DNA from: Amphiscolops sp. MND2022
Taxonomy: Eukaryota
DNA length: 64,000 nt
Direction of reading: 5' to 3'
Assembly: GCA_964187785.1 (NCBI GenBank)
Contig: OZ076413.1
Location: forward strand, 47,866,001-47,930,000
The translations under genes and the position numbers were made by a program. Under the pieces are notes generated by a model. That model had not been told where the DNA came from and did not search any database. It saw only the letters and a program-made list of their open reading frames with translations. Positions within the stretch are counted from its first letter, which is position 1. Every line of letters begins with the position of its first letter. Positions 62,601-64,000 of the stretch are shown here, piece after piece.

Positions 62601-64000
62601 GCACATTGATCGGCTTTAATGACTGAGTCCAGATACTCACGCATGAAGCTCGAAAAGGCTGATAGGGCTCTGCTTAGTCCTTGTGCCAGGCGACGATAGG
62701 CGAACGTCCTACTAGCAAAATTAAAAGCAAGTAACTCTACTGACCTTTGATCTGCCATTTGAAGGCAGTGATACGCCTGGGAGCAGTCGAGTTTGCAGAA
62801 TAGTTTTTTTCCCGCTAGGTGTTGTGCCGCATCTGAGAGGGTGCTGACAGGGTGGTTGTTGTTGATGTAGTCATCTGCTATGAGTGCGTTGATTTTGCGC
62901 AGATCCACCAGTAGTCTCAGTTTGCCGTTGGGTTTCCGTTGTGCAAATATAGGACTGGCGTACTTGGAGAAAGGGAGTGTCGTGATGATGCCGTATTTGA
63001 GCATCAGTGCCAGTTCCACTGTTAGGTCTTCTTTGAGATTGATCGGGACGGGTAAACTCTGTGTGTAGACTGGTTTGTCGTCCTGTGGTGTTAGGCTGAC
63101 TTTGAACTGTGTATTCATCCCGATATCTAGTCGGTGTCGAGCAAAGATGTCATTGAATTCAACAATGGTGTCCTCAAGTTTTTCACGATCTTTGCCCGTA
63201 ATTAGTGAGTCTGTCCATTTGAACATTGATAGAAATTTGTTGCGAGAGTCTTCGTTTTCGGTTGGGTCAAGTTTTTCTAGTTCGGCAAGGTCTCGCAGTT
63301 CTTTCAGGATTCGCTTTTGTATGGGCGAATGTTCTTGTTCGTTGCCTGGGTGTTCTGGGGTTGGGAACCAGAATTTTTCTTCATTGTCTTCTGGCCGTTC
63401 TACTTGCATTAGTGCGTTGATGTACGTGACTACATCGTCATGGTCATTGAGGAGATTCAGGGCGGCAATGTCAACTGGACGGATCATCTTCGTTTCTTCT
63501 GGTTTCAGGATTTGCAGTTCAGCCATTTTGGTGTCGTTGGCTATTGTGTATGGAAAATCCGTGGTGTTGGCGATTTTAATTGGGAGCTTTTTATCTCTAG
63601 CTGTTGTAATCGCTGGGGCTACTATTACTTTCGCGCATTCATCGAATTGTGGTAGGGGTTGTATTGTGCCCGTTATTGGGTGCTCAATACTCACAGGAAT
63701 TGTTACGTAGATGACTCGGGTAGAGTGCGCTGGGATTGTATGCTTGGCTTCGGTCTTTATTGTGATGGGTTTGGGATTGCACTTTTGTCTTTCGTCTGTG
63801 AGCGCCATCGTGATTTGAATCTTGGGAAAGTTGATGGTTCCTTGTGCTGTGTCAAGGATTGCGGCATGCTTTCGTAGAAACGCTAATCCAATTATGGGGA
63901 ATGACGTTTGATTCATGATGATGAATGTTTCTTCAAAAGTGTAATCCCCTATTTTGAAGCGTAGAGTGTACGTGGCAAGTGGTTGTTCTAGTTCGGCATT
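59615..64000 (-). CDS. pol: Gypsy Pol polyprotein (5'-truncated by the window edge): RT, RNase H, integrase
   Basis: At least 1433 uninterrupted codons: ASPIF...LRLLVDLR, QYVDDIG, MTDA, HPG...CQDC, D-D-E integrase core, WTGPY; three 14-aa repeats in the tail. Confidence 0.97.
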   Translation of the reverse strand, partial: NAELEQPLATYTLRFKIGDYTFEETFIIMNQTSFPIIGLAFLRKHAAILDTAQGTINFPKIQITMALTDERQKCNPKPITIKTEAKHTIPAHSTRVIYVTIPVSIEHPITGTIQPLPQFDECAKVIVAPAITTARDKKLPIKIANTTDFPYTIANDTKMAELQILKPEETKMIRPVDIAALNLLNDHDDVVTYINALMQVERPEDNEEKFWFPTPEHPGNEQEHSPIQKRILKELRDLAELEKLDPTENEDSRNKFLSMFKWTDSLITGKDREKLEDTIVEFNDIFARHRLDIGMNTQFKVSLTPQDDKPVYTQSLPVPINLKEDLTVELALMLKYGIITTLPFSKYASPIFAQRKPNGKLRLLVDLRKINALIADDYINNNHPVSTLSDAAQHLAGKKLFCKLDCSQAYHCLQMADQRSVELLAFNFASRTFAYRRLAQGLSRALSAFSSFMREYLDSVIKADQCAQYVDDIGIAANTTEQLIKNIRAVFKCIRKAGLKLTIEKCHFGVTQIEFLGRTITPDGVAPQDQKVKNFLSKVRFPKSKKQVQKYIGFVNYYRNYIPRLSEKLIGMYELLKADSKIRISEELVDNFKEINASLAEACGLALRQPIAGKQYVLMTDATFRASGYALMIEENDERKILSKRKTFAPVAFGSRVFSPAQLKMSIYCKEFLAIYHAFLEYSHILWEATIPTLVLTDNRSVTRFFQTKTTPPALWNACDYVLQFKFRIMHVAGSQNTAADFLSRLELTPKEKVQLKLRDDILTSPIEVNLQSSDVADEEQLFFLPDDEDESEQEIFARKALSKRRALDEHERELSTKVTEVIKIPLNSAVYSFGAIKENARIRNERDADPLLKALKQRISHEEYDKHLLKTEPRGRNLLRHEERIIMKDGVLMRKYYGEDGSVTHNQIIIPKHLVPELLATLHGKTNKHPGIAKMIQECRAKYYFPGLARKIRAWVTSCQDCIANKRIDTRQIRPKMLSNTEFTMGPEDCLEVDILPNLPSSNGYQHIITMMDVFSRYLFAYPTQDMTAKTVARCIIDVMTRHCYLPTVILTDKGSQFRSEVVNQITQTLDIRISHASTKHAQTIGILERTHASLKTSLKISTGERRSMWHKYVQIAVMNYNTSYHESLGCEPTTVFHGRIPYNILDIKLGLKPEWKKDSNDELTDQLQKQISEIHHAAKENLMQSYLKYKQYYDKKATATPLKVNDYCYVLNPKADNQSMKFAFKDCIWTGPYIVVKVLSNNNYVVRRTGTRYTQTLHRIRLRLYAPNQRVPDVTVRREDYLPDPEVKTTHNDWYAQAWETEFGEVLFGNNTENAAEEATVTEITDTTGRNETTTENDVVKTTTNGSTVENDVVQTTTHEATTESDVAQTATNENTAADKTPSDNITSFDLDVSDNPYILTPPPIHSPPKTPELPPIVVGYNPRKVGRYNLRPNPRPNVDPDFRMLNSTTADDLRQTQN

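Larger units (their letters stand above)
52098..64000 (-). mobile_element. Element C: Gypsy LTR retrotransposon (5' part outside the window) with antisense spliced accessory gene
   Basis: Uninterrupted pol; 3' LTR 52098-53883 shares motifs with the element B LTRs; internal region homologous to the element B interior. Confidence 0.85.

Noticed and set aside
61518..63710. Plus-strand ORFs of 60-211 aa opposite pol
   Set aside because: Antisense shadows of the pol reading frame.

Overview
AT-rich, intron-containing eukaryotic (animal-like) DNA dominated by LTR retrotransposons. The ORF track, which ignores splicing, fragments most real genes. Element A (8946-26739, +) is a 17.8-kb Gypsy/Metaviridae-type element with 412-bp LTRs and a GTGG target-site duplication. 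It has a frameshifted gag-pol, an env resembling chuvirus-type (class III) glycoproteins and further accessory ORFs. A is nested inside element B (6856-28788), an older non-autonomous element with ~1.39-kb LTRs. Element D (39475-47572, probably minus) has LTRs but no gag-pol. Element C (52098 to the window end, minus) is a Gypsy with an uninterrupted pol. Between pol and its 3' LTR it carries a six-exon ANTISENSE gene (~1070 codons, all splice phases consistent) encoding a zinc-finger, catalytically dead hAT-transposase-like protein, plus a divergent small ORF. A remnant of the same antisense exon 1/intron 1 survives in element B. Host-like genes are a two-exon sulfotransferase-like gene and a Cys-loop receptor transmembrane exon. 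There are also MITEs, tRNA-derived SINEs and a decayed LINE. All homology calls come from motif recognition by eye, not from database searches.
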